DNA of 63,998 bases, the filler included, from an uncultured bacterium (GTDB lineage Bacteria; Hinthialibacterota; Hinthialibacteria; Hinthialibacterales; Hinthialibacteraceae), in the NCBI GenBank assembly GCA_964449065.1. It is 4 parts of 4 records of this genome, joined end to end, with 100 filler letters (N's around TTAATTAATTAA, not from the genome) between each part and the next. Parts side by side here need not be neighbours in the genome. Positions count along the whole stretch, not along the records: positions 1 to 18,864 come from CAYVAZ010000061.1; 3 more parts are not named here. The stretch is one strand, 5' to 3'. Positions 1 through 10,560 of the stretch are shown here, piece by piece. Position numbers and translations under genes: made by a program. The notes under the pieces were generated by a model. The model had not been told where the DNA came from, searched no databases, and saw nothing but the letters and a program-made list of their open reading frames with translations. Numbering within the stretch: position 1 is the first letter of the stretch; every line of letters begins with the position of its first letter.

Positions 1-112
1 CTTCTCCCAAAGGGAGAAGACGATAGACACTGCGTTTGACTGAGAATAGTTGGCCTATAACAAAAACAATTTTTCAAGCAGTAGTCAATCATTGATTACG
101 TAACATCCGTTA
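1..112. mobile_element. Right part of a MITE-like repeat, cut by the window start
   Basis: Closely matches 18972-19084 (CTTCTCCCAAAGGGAGAAG hairpin ... GTAACATC end); related to 60517-60789. Confidence 0.75.
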
Positions 113-151
113 TAATGACTCTTCGTGTGGAAATGCAAATGGAGACAACTC

Positions 152-2023
152 ATGAATCAAACAGCAGACTGGTTTACGGTCGATCCGGAAACATCCCCAC
201 ACTTCGACAAAAATCGTATCTGTTTCAGCAAGCGCTACTCTCAACAAATGAATCTCGTAGAAAAATCCGGAACCGGGTTGAAAGAATACGAATTCAAACG
301 GCTACAAAAAGGCCAATACGCGTGCCGGCAAATGGTGGATGGACAGCCTTATGATATTTATCCATCTTCGTGGTTTGAACAAGCCAATATTCAGCAATTT
401 CAGCGTGTTAAAGAAATGCTTAAACGCGGTGTGGCGTTATTTTTTATCGCGGGTTCCGGCCTCGGATATCTATACAGTGATATTCAGGATTCCTTGAAAG
501 AAAAGAAGAATGCTTCGGTGGTATTCATTGAAACCCGGCCGGAACTCATTCTCGCACAATTTTGCTTATTCGATTGCCGGGAAGCAATCGACTTCCCGGA
601 TTTTCATTGGGTGATCGATGAATCCATTTATCCGACATTACAGGAACGCCTTCATAATGAAGCGCTTTATACAATTGACCGCAACCGCATTGTCTCGTTT
701 CCTGAACGCGTTCTGACACCAAAAGAAGGGGCGGATTATTCGCGATTAAGCCGGTGGTATGTATCCCAACAACAGCAATACCGGTTGCAGCTTCAACAAT
801 TTCGCGTTCAATACGATCAACGGGTAAGCCGGCCGGCGGATTTAAAAGCCGGCACGGTGTGGACGGCCGGTCTGCTGGACGCATACGCCCATACCCCGTT
901 GCTGCGTTCCTTGGCTTCCGGATTTGCCGGGCATGGCATGAAGGATGTGTTCTTTTCCCTTACCCAAGGGTGTACCAGTGATGAGCGAATTACCCATTCG
1001 CTGCTGGAACACTGTCCGGATATGTATCTTTTTTTGCATTTGGCTACTAAGCGCGTGATCCCAAAAGAACTATCACGCCCCCGCATTGTGTGGTATCTCG
1101 ACCACCCCAAACATTACGAGTGGGAGATCAACCGCAGGGAATTTCATGAGCAGGATTTTATTTTTTACAGCGACAGGCAATATGCACCCTATTTTGAAGA
1201 AGCCAATGTTGGCGGGGCATTCCATCTGACGGTATGCCCTTCTCTTAGCCATAGAGGCGCATTTAGGCCGGAACTGGCCGCGCCTGTTATGTTTGTCGGC
1301 AGCCACACCGCGGTCGAAACCATGACGCAACACCTGCCAGGAAGCGTCCGGGATGATTTGTTTCATTTGGCGGACGTGTTAACGCACAATCCCACCCTTG
1401 GCGTGAATGAAGCCGCGGCCAATCTAAAATTAACAGACAAAACCATGCATATTTTTCAGAGCATGGCAGAAGCCTATACTTCCACCATCCAACGGGAATT
1501 TCGATCCGGCAAGGACAAGTTGGAGTACTTCTTCTATTCCTTTACCAACAGTTACAAACGCGAACGCTACATTCGGGCGCTGTTGGACAGCGGCTTAATT
1601 ATTTACGGTCCGGACTCGTGGCTGGAATTTCTTGGGGACAAATACGCGGACCGGTTTCGGGGATGGTTGGGGTATGAAGATCTTGCCGATGCCTATGCTT
1701 CCGCGCAAATCTGTATCAATATCCACAGTTTGCAATGCCCCACCTGTCTCAACTCAAGAGATTTTGACGTGCTGTCCGCCGGCGGGTGTTTGGTCACGGA
1801 TGAGGTTGAAGACCTGCACGCGGGATATTTGCAGCCGGATCATGACTTGAAGATGTATTCATCCCCGGAAGAATTGGCGCATACGGTTCAAGAGTTGTTG
1901 GATAACGAACCGCTGCGGGAAGCATTGAGAGAACAAGGAAATCAAACCGTACAAACCCGGCATCTGCCCCAGCATCGCGCGCAAGTTATTTTGGAGGCGC
2001 TTCAATCCAAAGGCTGGAGATGA
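152..2023 (+). CDS. CgeB-like glycosyltransferase (Glyco_trans_1_2-type C-terminus)
   Basis: GGAG RBS before ATG 152; C-terminal motif YASAQICINIH...NSRDFDVLSAGGCLVTD; N-terminal GSGLGY segment resembling MAF-type proteins. Confidence 0.75.
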   Translation: MNQTADWFTVDPETSPHFDKNRICFSKRYSQQMNLVEKSGTGLKEYEFKRLQKGQYACRQMVDGQPYDIYPSSWFEQANIQQFQRVKEMLKRGVALFFIAGSGLGYLYSDIQDSLKEKKNASVVFIETRPELILAQFCLFDCREAIDFPDFHWVIDESIYPTLQERLHNEALYTIDRNRIVSFPERVLTPKEGADYSRLSRWYVSQQQQYRLQLQQFRVQYDQRVSRPADLKAGTVWTAGLLDAYAHTPLLRSLASGFAGHGMKDVFFSLTQGCTSDERITHSLLEHCPDMYLFLHLATKRVIPKELSRPRIVWYLDHPKHYEWEINRREFHEQDFIFYSDRQYAPYFEEANVGGAFHLTVCPSLSHRGAFRPELAAPVMFVGSHTAVETMTQHLPGSVRDDLFHLADVLTHNPTLGVNEAAANLKLTDKTMHIFQSMAEAYTSTIQREFRSGKDKLEYFFYSFTNSYKRERYIRALLDSGLIIYGPDSWLEFLGDKYADRFRGWLGYEDLADAYASAQICINIHSLQCPTCLNSRDFDVLSAGGCLVTDEVEDLHAGYLQPDHDLKMYSSPEELAHTVQELLDNEPLREALREQGNQTVQTRHLPQHRAQVILEALQSKGWR

Positions 2024-2826
2024 TGCGAGGGCTTTTGATAGACGGATACGATGTTTAATCCGGTTTTTTTTCGGAGGATGGTTTCTATTTCTTCCGCGTC
2101 TTCCATGCCAATAGTCTTTAGGGGCTTTCCTTCATACTCACGCAGTTCTAAAGAATGCCCGCCGCGCGCGGTGTAGTGCCATGCTTTCGGGTAGGGGCGC
2201 TTGGGGGTGTTCAGCTGTACTTCATCGGGTTGGATACGAAGAAGTAGATCGGCCAGCGCGTCCACCTCTTGCGTGTTGAGCGGCAAAAACATGCATTGAA
2301 TACCCATATATCCTGGATATTCCTTGCGAAATTGCATTGTATTTTCAACAATCTTTTTAAATGGAATCCCCGCCACCGGCCGGTTTACCCGTTGATAAAC
2401 GGTTTCGGTTGCCGCATCCAATTTCACATAAACGCGGTCAATGTTTTGCAGTTGATCCACAACATCCGGAATGTCCAGCGTGGTGCCGTTGGTTAAACAC
2501 AACTGCGGGGTCGGGGTGATTTCTTTAATGCGCCGGGACACTTCGCCCATGTTGGTCGCAAGCGTAGGCTCGCCATTGCCGCTGAAGGTGATGATGTCCG
2601 CTTCCCGCCAACGCGATTCTTTAAAATCCTGTATCACGGTGTCGGTGGGGACGAATTCCCTCCGCTCATCCGTAATAACTTGGATGTAACCCAATTGGCA
2701 ATACACACAGTTAAACGAACAGACCGAACGATCCCGAATCAGATCGATTCCCAACGAATTTCCCACCCGCCATGACGGGATCGGTCCGTAAACGGTTGAA
2801 ACATGTTTTCCCGCTGAAGTTGCCAT
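2002..2826 (-). CDS. Radical SAM protein (COG0731/TYW1-like)
   Basis: CSFNCVYC motif; VYGPIPSWRVGNSLGIDL; ITFSGNGEPTL. Confidence 0.85.
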   Translation of the reverse strand: MATSAGKHVSTVYGPIPSWRVGNSLGIDLIRDRSVCSFNCVYCQLGYIQVITDERREFVPTDTVIQDFKESRWREADIITFSGNGEPTLATNMGEVSRRIKEITPTPQLCLTNGTTLDIPDVVDQLQNIDRVYVKLDAATETVYQRVNRPVAGIPFKKIVENTMQFRKEYPGYMGIQCMFLPLNTQEVDALADLLLRIQPDEVQLNTPKRPYPKAWHYTARGGHSLELREYEGKPLKTIGMEDAEEIETILRKKTGLNIVSVYQKPSHHLQPLD

Positions 2827-2901
2827 ACTGTCTCCAAAATCTTTTGAAAACAGTCTACTTCATCTGGAAGAAAAATCACGTATACAAGAAACGTGGTTGC
2901 A

Positions 2902-3426
2902 TCAATGAAATACGTGGGTTAGAGAAGAATTAAATACGTACATATCCCCTCTGCTTCGTATTCCGTTGGATATATCCCAGGTTACTTCTCCAATCGAACC
3001 AAAGGTTTCCCAAGTCATATCCGGCCCCATCCCTACGATCCAATATTCTCCGGGTTTCATGTTCGCTCTACCGGTTTCGTAATGCGGGCAGCCAAACCGT
3101 TCCTTCAAACCATAATCGTGCCAGTTTTGCCGTTCCGCACCGGCATTGAAATCTTGGAATACATCATAAGGTCTTGTGGATGCGTACGCGATCGGCGTGG
3201 TCATCCATTTGTTTTGTTGCGGCTCGTTAAAGTGGATCGGAGGGGAACCGTTGTCAATCCGGTAGGTTTCCAGCGTGGTCACCATCGTTTTTAACGTCCC
3301 CTGCATTTGCGCGATCTTCGCCCGAACCTGCGCCTGCAAAAAGTTCGGTACGGCAATCGCCGCCAATATACCGATGATGGCAACGACAATAAGCAACTCG
3401 ATGAGTGTGAATCCCTGTTTTTGCAT
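2902..3426 (-). CDS. Prepilin-type N-terminal cleavage/methylation protein (GspG-like)
   Basis: GFTLIELLIVVAIIGILAAIAVPNF class III signal; C-terminal GMGPD and SNG..S.GD motifs. Confidence 0.9.
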   Translation of the reverse strand: MQKQGFTLIELLIVVAIIGILAAIAVPNFLQAQVRAKIAQMQGTLKTMVTTLETYRIDNGSPPIHFNEPQQNKWMTTPIAYASTRPYDVFQDFNAGAERQNWHDYGLKERFGCPHYETGRANMKPGEYWIVGMGPDMTWETFGSIGEVTWDISNGIRSRGDMYVFNSSLTHVFH

Positions 3427-3550
3427 GATTACCTTTCATCTTGGATTTGGTTTGGAAACAGTTCATGAATCATACAATCTCACAGCAAAATAGTGACCAA
3501 ATTACAATCAAGACATCATACAGCATTCAGATTAGAATTGCATTAAATAC

Positions 3551-5296
3551 CTATTCGGATAATGAAGATGTAATGCCGATTTTGTTCCAAGCCGCCGCGG
3601 GATACCGGCTTAGGCCGATATGATTCTCCAATTCAATCGTCACATTTTGGCCTGCGTAAGAACTTAGATCAATAGCAAGGGGTGTCCAATCCTCACCATC
3701 AGCAACAGAAGTAACAATCTGTTCATGAACAATCTGTTCATCAATACGCACCCGCAGCATCCAATCAGCATCCACGTTGTAATCCAAAGCCGCTACCTCC
3801 AACTGCAATTCCGGTTTCCCGCTGGGGACAACACCTTGCCAGGATAACACACATGGGGTTTCATTATTTTTTGGATGCGTAACCAAAACATCAAACTCAC
3901 CCGCGAATTGGTCGTGAAACCCGGGGTTCATTTCATGCCCCCAATCGCGAATGGACCAACCCGGCGCCCATTGGCTCAAGTGGGATTCAATTCTCTGCTG
4001 AATCCGCTCACGCCGCAACTCAGGCAACTGTGCATGAAACGATTGATATTCCTGATGCATGGAATCGGTATATTGTTCGAACGCAACAATAATCTCCGGT
4101 ATCTGCACCGGTACTTGATAGTATTGCCGGTCTCCCAAGCGCTGCACTCTACCGCCGTACCGTTCGATGATCATCCGTGTCATCTTTTTGCATTCGGGAA
4201 TCAGTTCATCGTAATTGTAACGGGTAAACGCGAATTTCTCGTCGGCAATCAACGGAATCCCAATGGTGAATTCGTCCGGTAACCGGTCATAACCAACCAT
4301 ACACCCCAATATACCTGCCGCGGTGGATGGATTGCAGTCACTGTCTTGCCCCATGCGGGTGGTGATTTCCAACGTCAGTGCCAAATCGCCTTCGCCGTAC
4401 AATAAGCCAGCCACAACGTATCCACCGTTGAGTTTGGCATCAATATTAAAAGGCTGGTTGAAGCCATCCGGGCATAAATCCGTTCCCGCCCATTTTTCTT
4501 CCAACATCTTCCAACACCCCTGCCAGTCTTTGGGGTTATTCTGATAGTAATCCACAACATCGCGTATCAGTCGCGCGTATTCACTTTCGGGTGGAATACT
4601 CTCCAACCCCGCCTGCACAACCTTCATTCGATCATCGGTGAAGAAAGCTATTGAATACATGGCGGTCACAAACAGCCCGCCGTACAAACCATCGCCATAG
4701 TTCATCACCCGGCCAAACCGCTCCGCAATGCGGACCGCCGTCACCGGCATGCCGGGGCAGATCAGGCCAAACACATCGGCCTCGATTTGAAAATCGATAT
4801 CATCCGCATGGGGATTGTATTTGGGGTGCCCGGAATCCGGCGGAAGAATACCCGCCTGCAAGTTCAATCGAGCTTCCCGGTTGGCGTGCCATAGGTTGTA
4901 TTTTGTATCCCGGAAAAACTCCCCCGCTTCTTTCGAAGTGACCCCCAATCCTTTGTCCACCAATGTTTCTAAAAAGGTCATTTGCACATACATATCATCC
5001 TGGTTTAAAGCATTGTTCACATACTCCGGCTGCCAATTGCGTATGGGATCGGCTTGTATTTCACCCTGGTATTTAAATTCATAAGGAGCGCCATAGCTCA
5101 CCCCGATCATTTTCCCCGCCCAAGCGCCGCGCAGTTTGTCTTCATACTCAAACACCGATAAGAGACGAGTATCCAACAAGCCATCGTCTTCCTCAAACCA
5201 TTGCGATAATTTGTCTTGAACACTGTCAAATGTGGTACATGAACACAAAATGCTGAACAACAAAGCTATATAAATCAAATCAGAAATTTTATTCAT
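3551..5296 (-). CDS. ADP-ribosylglycohydrolase-family lipoprotein with C-terminal beta-sandwich domain
   Basis: Lipobox-like LCSC; DKLRGAWAGKMIGV, QDD and GQDSDCNPSTAAG motifs. Confidence 0.8.
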   Translation of the reverse strand: MNKISDLIYIALLFSILCSCTTFDSVQDKLSQWFEEDDGLLDTRLLSVFEYEDKLRGAWAGKMIGVSYGAPYEFKYQGEIQADPIRNWQPEYVNNALNQDDMYVQMTFLETLVDKGLGVTSKEAGEFFRDTKYNLWHANREARLNLQAGILPPDSGHPKYNPHADDIDFQIEADVFGLICPGMPVTAVRIAERFGRVMNYGDGLYGGLFVTAMYSIAFFTDDRMKVVQAGLESIPPESEYARLIRDVVDYYQNNPKDWQGCWKMLEEKWAGTDLCPDGFNQPFNIDAKLNGGYVVAGLLYGEGDLALTLEITTRMGQDSDCNPSTAAGILGCMVGYDRLPDEFTIGIPLIADEKFAFTRYNYDELIPECKKMTRMIIERYGGRVQRLGDRQYYQVPVQIPEIIVAFEQYTDSMHQEYQSFHAQLPELRRERIQQRIESHLSQWAPGWSIRDWGHEMNPGFHDQFAGEFDVLVTHPKNNETPCVLSWQGVVPSGKPELQLEVAALDYNVDADWMLRVRIDEQIVHEQIVTSVADGEDWTPLAIDLSSYAGQNVTIELENHIGLSRYPAAAWNKIGITSSLSE

Positions 5297-5462
5297 TATT
5301 GGGGTCTCCTATGATTGAACTCAAACCGTATCCATTATCCTTAAATCGTGGAAAAGATAAAGTTGAACACGATCATTCTCTTTGCGGCTGCAAATACTTG
5401 TTATCAATTTCGATAGAATTTACACCAAAAGATAAACGAAATTTTACAGAAAATATTTTTAC

Positions 5463-5491
5463 TTGACAAAAACCAAAAATCTTCGTACTAT
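5463..5491 (+). promoter_or_regulatory. sigma70-type promoter
   Basis: TTGACA-17 nt-TACTAT upstream of the 5645 ORF. Confidence 0.65.
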
Positions 5492-5644
5492 TTTAATGTG
5501 AAGTAGTATAAAAAAAACATTGACTTTCATTTTTAATTGACGATATTGTATTAGAAATACTTTATTTACATGCGTTAGGTTGAGGGAATGATTAAGAAAT
5601 AATCTTAAACCTTTTTTTACAAAAGGTTTAAGGGAGCTTCTATA

Positions 5645-6148
5645 ATGGATCCAAATCAACTTGGCGAAGTACGCATGTTTTCAAACCAAACAGTGGGGGC
5701 GGAGTTTCTCGTCTACTTGTTGTTAGGTTTGACCTGTCTAGTTGGAATCATCATCTACGCCACGTACCGTTATAAACGGTACAAAAAGATGCAGGAATTC
5801 AATAATGAAATGTCTCAAGTTGGATTAAGCGCGGATGAAGAATCTGCCCTTACCGGTTTGGTGAAACAATATGCTTTGCAAGAACCGGTTCAAATTTTGC
5901 TTTCGCTGCGAATGTTTGATGATTTGGCCTGCCAGGAAATCAGCAGGATATTAGGCAGTCCCGGCTCAACGGTTTCCAAAGACCGCTTCGTGCAAATGAT
6001 CTATGATATCCGCAAAAAAACCTACTTCCCTGATTGGGATAAAAAACAGGCTGGCGCGGAAGAAGAAAACAAAGAAGCGCCTACAGCCGATAATTCCTCC
6101 AATACCCATGCGAACAATTTAAAAGAACAAAGCCCTGTTATGTCATAG
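5645..6148 (+). CDS. Hypothetical single-TM membrane protein
   Basis: GGGAG RBS; one hydrophobic segment followed by basic residues. Confidence 0.65.
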   Translation: MDPNQLGEVRMFSNQTVGAEFLVYLLLGLTCLVGIIIYATYRYKRYKKMQEFNNEMSQVGLSADEESALTGLVKQYALQEPVQILLSLRMFDDLACQEISRILGSPGSTVSKDRFVQMIYDIRKKTYFPDWDKKQAGAEEENKEAPTADNSSNTHANNLKEQSPVMS

Positions 6149-6237
6149 AGATATAAGACTTACGAAATCCAAAGAAATATCAATCAAGCGGCATACCCAA
6201 CGTGCCGCTTGGTGTTTCTCGCGTTGCATTCACGCAC

Positions 6238-7416
6238 TTAATTGTATACAAATCCTGCTTTCTTGATTCGTTCCACCACGGTTTTACAGACATCTTCTTC
6301 CACCGTCAATGCGATGCGAATGTATCCTTCACCGTGTTTTCCAAAACCAAGCCCGGGAGTGATCAGCACCCCGGTTTCTTTCAGCACTTTTGCCGCAAAA
6401 TCCCCGGATGTTATATCGGGCGCGGGAACCTTTGTCCAAATAAAGAAGGTGGCCTCCGGACGGTTGATATTCCACCCCAACTCATCCAAGCCGTCACACA
6501 ATAAATCGCGGCGTCCTTGATAGACTTTGGCCATATTCTGTGTAAACTCCATCGACCCGGTCAAAGCAGCAATGGCCGCGTGTTGAATCGGCTGAAAGAT
6601 CCCCATATCAGTGTTGGATTTCACTTTCCCCAAATACTGAATCACTTCTGAATTCCCCACGGCATGGGCACAACGCCATCCGCTCATATTAAAGACCTTT
6701 GACATTGAGTGGAATTCAATTCCCACCTCTTTCGCGCCGTTCGCTTCTAAAAACGATGGCTGGCGTTTGCCGTCAAACACCGCTTCCGAATAGGGCGCGT
6801 CATGACAAATCACGATGCCATACTTTTTGGCGAACTGTACCACCTCATTAAAAAACTCAACCGGGGCCAACGCCGCGGTGGGATTGCCGGGGAAGTTAAG
6901 GATCATCAACTTGGCACGGTTACGGATATCGTCCGGAATCGCTTCCAAATCCGGTAAAAACTGATTCTCTTCCAATAGCGGCATATAATGCACTTCCGCC
7001 CCCGCCATCAATATTCCAGGAATATAAGCGGTGTAACAGGGATCGGGGATCAAAACCACATCGCCGGGATTGCACAACGCCATCGGCAGCGCGGCAACTC
7101 CGCTTTTGCTGCCGATGGAACTCAATACCTCGGTATCCGGGTTCAATTCCACTCTAAACTGCTGTTTATACCAATGGCTAACCGCTTTGCGGTATTCCGG
7201 CAGCCCTTTAAAAGATGGATAGTGATGATTGGCCGGGTTATCCACCGCCGTTTTTAATGCTTCTACAATATAATCGGGCGTTGGACGGTCCGGATCGCCT
7301 ACTCCCAAATCAATGACATCCACCCCTTTGGCTTTTTCTTCGGCTTTTTGCCGGTCCAAATCGTCAAACAAATAAACGGGGAGATGCTGAAGTCTCTCTG
7401 CGCCTTTGATTTCCAT
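6238..7416 (-). CDS. dapL: LL-diaminopimelate aminotransferase-like class I/II PLP aminotransferase
   Basis: DLGVGDPD, LNFPGNPT, HDAPYSE and SMSKVFNMSGWR (PLP lysine) motifs. Confidence 0.75.
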   Translation of the reverse strand: MEIKGAERLQHLPVYLFDDLDRQKAEEKAKGVDVIDLGVGDPDRPTPDYIVEALKTAVDNPANHHYPSFKGLPEYRKAVSHWYKQQFRVELNPDTEVLSSIGSKSGVAALPMALCNPGDVVLIPDPCYTAYIPGILMAGAEVHYMPLLEENQFLPDLEAIPDDIRNRAKLMILNFPGNPTAALAPVEFFNEVVQFAKKYGIVICHDAPYSEAVFDGKRQPSFLEANGAKEVGIEFHSMSKVFNMSGWRCAHAVGNSEVIQYLGKVKSNTDMGIFQPIQHAAIAALTGSMEFTQNMAKVYQGRRDLLCDGLDELGWNINRPEATFFIWTKVPAPDITSGDFAAKVLKETGVLITPGLGFGKHGEGYIRIALTVEEDVCKTVVERIKKAGFVYN

Positions 7417-7574
7417 AATTTCACTCCATTGCAAGAATTTACAGGGGTTAAACTACTTCTTGAACCCGCTATTGGCAAGCTGTGTGAGAATTGTATAAAA
7501 AATTTTGAATTACAGGTTTTCCATGATACGCTTTAGAATGATAAACCAAACCCATATTTAAGGAGAGTATATTG

Positions 7575-8108
7575 ATGAAACCTTTTTACCCGTTTGCCTT
7601 TCTTGCTTTGTTTGCCGCGATTTGCACCACGATTATTGCATCCGAGTCGGTAACACCAAAAGATTTTACGCTGAAGTCTATTGATGGAAAGCATGAATTT
7701 CAGTTGTCCAAAGCCAAAACCGAGTTGGTCGCATTGCACTTCCTGTTAAAAACCGAATGCCCCATCTGCCTGCGCTATACCCAAGAATATACCGAAAATG
7801 CCAAGAAGCACCCCAATGTTACCCACATCTTCATCAAACCGGATGAACCGGAAGAATCGCAAAAATGGATTGCCAAATATGACGATAGCAATTCAAAACA
7901 GCCGGTGATCTACCACGACAAAAACGCCCAACTCGCCAAGAAATACAAAATCAAAGACGGCTACAAATTCCATGGTGAAGTCGTGCATTACCCGGCATTT
8001 ATCTTGGTCGATAAAAACGGCAAAGAGCACTTCCGTTATGTCGGCACCAAAACCCAAGACCGCTTTTTTTATAAAGAATTCGCCAAAAAAATAGACGAGA
8101 TGAAATAA
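7575..8108 (+). CDS. Secreted thioredoxin-fold/redoxin protein
   Basis: Signal peptide; DFTLKSIDG; CPIC motif; PAFILVDKNG. Confidence 0.8.
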   Translation: MKPFYPFAFLALFAAICTTIIASESVTPKDFTLKSIDGKHEFQLSKAKTELVALHFLLKTECPICLRYTQEYTENAKKHPNVTHIFIKPDEPEESQKWIAKYDDSNSKQPVIYHDKNAQLAKKYKIKDGYKFHGEVVHYPAFILVDKNGKEHFRYVGTKTQDRFFYKEFAKKIDEMK

Positions 8109-8137
8109 CCCATCATGATTTCGCTGGTCTAAAGCGG

Positions 8138-8169
8138 GAGAAACGGGGGCAGCAATGTCCCCGTTTTTT
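8138..8169 (+). terminator. Rho-independent terminator
   Basis: AAACGGGGGCA-GCAA-TGTCCCCGTTT stem followed by T tract. Confidence 0.75.
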
Positions 8170-8244
8170 GGTTATACAAACCTTCTCTGCATGACGAAAA
8201 CAGGTTAAAACCTAAAGAAATTGTAGATATCTATTGGAGAATTC

Positions 8245-8841
8245 ATGAGCGAAGAACAAATTCTCGTTGTCCCCAGAAATACATTCGGCGGTTTCCTGTC
8301 CTTCCGCGGATTCAAAGAACGGAAAGAAGAACCGGTTCAAGAGTGGCTGCAAGAGAGTTCATTCCAACCCCGCGAACCGATGGAAAGCGATCCGTCTTAC
8401 CAGCAAATCATCCCCTACATCTTATTACGGCATGAGAGCAAAGTGTTCCGCTACAGCCGCACCAAAAAAGGAGGCGAAAGCCGTTTGCACAACAAATATT
8501 CCATCGGCATCGGCGGACATATCAATCCCATTGACATTGAAGACAAGAATTCAAAAAACAATATCATCCTGCAAGCCGCGCACCGCGAGTTAGAAGAAGA
8601 AATGCACATCACCCGGCCGGTAAAGTTAGAGCACATCGGCTACATCAACGACGATGAATCCGAAGTCGGCAAAGTGCATCTCGGATTCGTGATGCAGGCA
8701 TGGCTTGATCAACCCGATGCCGCAGTCCGCGAAGACGCTTTAACCAACGGCGAATGGATTCAGACAGGCCAACTTTGCGATGGCAGTGAATACGAAACCT
8801 GGTCTCAACTAATCATCGAAGGCTATTTACTTAGAGATTAG
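8245..8841 (+). CDS. NUDIX-family phosphoesterase (COG4112-like)
   Basis: QIIPY, SIGIGGHIN, RELEEE and VGKVHLG motifs. Confidence 0.85.
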   Translation: MSEEQILVVPRNTFGGFLSFRGFKERKEEPVQEWLQESSFQPREPMESDPSYQQIIPYILLRHESKVFRYSRTKKGGESRLHNKYSIGIGGHINPIDIEDKNSKNNIILQAAHRELEEEMHITRPVKLEHIGYINDDESEVGKVHLGFVMQAWLDQPDAAVREDALTNGEWIQTGQLCDGSEYETWSQLIIEGYLLRD

Positions 8842-8914
8842 AAATTAGAGTTTAGATTCTTACACGCGCATGTGCTGACCGGCAATTTTTTAGAGCGTTT
8901 CAGATTGAATAGCC

Positions 8915-8939
8915 GGGTAGCACCGGCTTCCAGCCGGTA
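8915..8939. repeat. REP-like repeat family B
   Basis: GGGTAGCACCGGCTTCCAGCCGGTA hairpin; related copies near 21490-21514 and 52601-52624 (inverted). Confidence 0.7.
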
Positions 8940-9044
8940 CATGTAACTACACTTTGTACCTCTACGCAAACCTGAATTGCTCTAGGATAATATTGGCGCC
9001 ATGATTTTTCATTTTGGCAGGAAAGACTATTGGAAGGAAAAACG

Positions 9045-10529
9045 ATGAGTGAACAAGGAAACTACCCCCGCCTCTCCCGCTATAAAACTCCTGAAGCGTT
9101 TCGCGAACGACTGGCCGAATTGAATTTGGATTTACCGGTCGATGATGAACCAATCAAAGCCGAAGACGGCTCACCCATGGCGCAGCCGATTTCTGTCTAC
9201 GGCAAAACCATCGGCAACCGCTGGTGCATCCATCCCATGGAAGGCTGGGACGGCACCCCCGGCGGCAAACCCTCCGAACACACCAAACGCCGCTGGCGCA
9301 ACTTCGGGATTTCCGGCGCCAAACTCATCTTTGGAGGCGAGGCAGTCGCGGTACGCCATGACGGCCGCGCCAATCCAAACCAACTCGTTTCCAAACCCGA
9401 AAACAAAGACGGGTTAGCCGAACTTTATCATGAAGTCATGGATACCCATAAACAGCATTTTGGAACGACGGATGATCTGCTTATCGGTCTGCAACTCACC
9501 CATTCCGGCCGCTTTTGCCGCCCCGATGAAGACCACAAACTCAAACCGCGTATTCTCTATCACCATCCCATCCTCGACCCCAAATTCGGTATCGATCCCA
9601 AAGATGATTCGGTCGTGTTTTCCGATGATGAGATTGATGACTTGATCACCTATTACATCAAAGCCGCTAAAATGGCGGCGGATATCGGCTTTGAATTCGT
9701 CGATGTCAAACACTGCCACGGCTATTTGGGGCATGAATTTTTAAGCGCTTATACCCGCGAGGGCAAATACGGCGGCAGTTTTGAAAACCGCACCCGCTTT
9801 TTGCGCAATATCGTCGATGGTATCCGCAGCGAAGTGCCATCGCTGCACATCGCCTTACGCCTAAGCGCGTTTGATTTTGTCCCCTTTAAAGATGATGAAG
9901 CCACCCGCAAAGGCATCCACAAAGGATTCGGTATCCCCGAAGAGTTTGATCAATACCTGCCTTATCAATACGGCTTCGGCGTGAACCGCGACAATCCCGT
10001 GGAAATGAATCTCACTGAAACGTATCAATTCTTGGAACTGTTGCAGGAACTCAAGATTGATTTGGTCAACCTCACCTGCGGCAGCCCCTACTACAATCCG
10101 CACATACAACGCCCGGCGTTTTCCCCTCCATCAGACGGCTACCGCCCTCCGGAAGACCCGCTGGTTGGAGTCGCACGGCAAATCCACGCCGTCAAAACTG
10201 TTAAAGAAAAATTTCCCAAGCTATGCCTTATCGGCACGGGATACAGCTACTTGCAGGAATTCTTGCCGCTGGTGGCGCAAGGTGTCGTCCGCAACGGCTG
10301 GGCAGATATGGTTGGCATCGGCAGAGGCGTACTCTCTTACCCCGAAATGCCCGCCGACAGCCTCGCCGCTAAAACGATGGACAAAAAACGGGTGTGCCGC
10401 ACCTTTTCAGACTGCACCACCGCACCCCGCAACCACATGATTTCCGGCTGTTTCCCCTTAGACGATTATTACAAAGAAATGCCCGAAGCCAAAAAACTCA
10501 AGGAAATTAAAGCGCAAACTGTGGAGTAG
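9045..10529 (+). CDS. NADH:flavin oxidoreductase (Old Yellow Enzyme family)
   Basis: HPMEGWDG, QLTHSGR, DVKHCHGYL and YGGSFENRTRF motifs. Confidence 0.9.
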   Translation: MSEQGNYPRLSRYKTPEAFRERLAELNLDLPVDDEPIKAEDGSPMAQPISVYGKTIGNRWCIHPMEGWDGTPGGKPSEHTKRRWRNFGISGAKLIFGGEAVAVRHDGRANPNQLVSKPENKDGLAELYHEVMDTHKQHFGTTDDLLIGLQLTHSGRFCRPDEDHKLKPRILYHHPILDPKFGIDPKDDSVVFSDDEIDDLITYYIKAAKMAADIGFEFVDVKHCHGYLGHEFLSAYTREGKYGGSFENRTRFLRNIVDGIRSEVPSLHIALRLSAFDFVPFKDDEATRKGIHKGFGIPEEFDQYLPYQYGFGVNRDNPVEMNLTETYQFLELLQELKIDLVNLTCGSPYYNPHIQRPAFSPPSDGYRPPEDPLVGVARQIHAVKTVKEKFPKLCLIGTGYSYLQEFLPLVAQGVVRNGWADMVGIGRGVLSYPEMPADSLAAKTMDKKRVCRTFSDCTTAPRNHMISGCFPLDDYYKEMPEAKKLKEIKAQTVE

Positions 10530-10560
10530 ATTTTACAACTATCTATTTGGGAATGGATAC

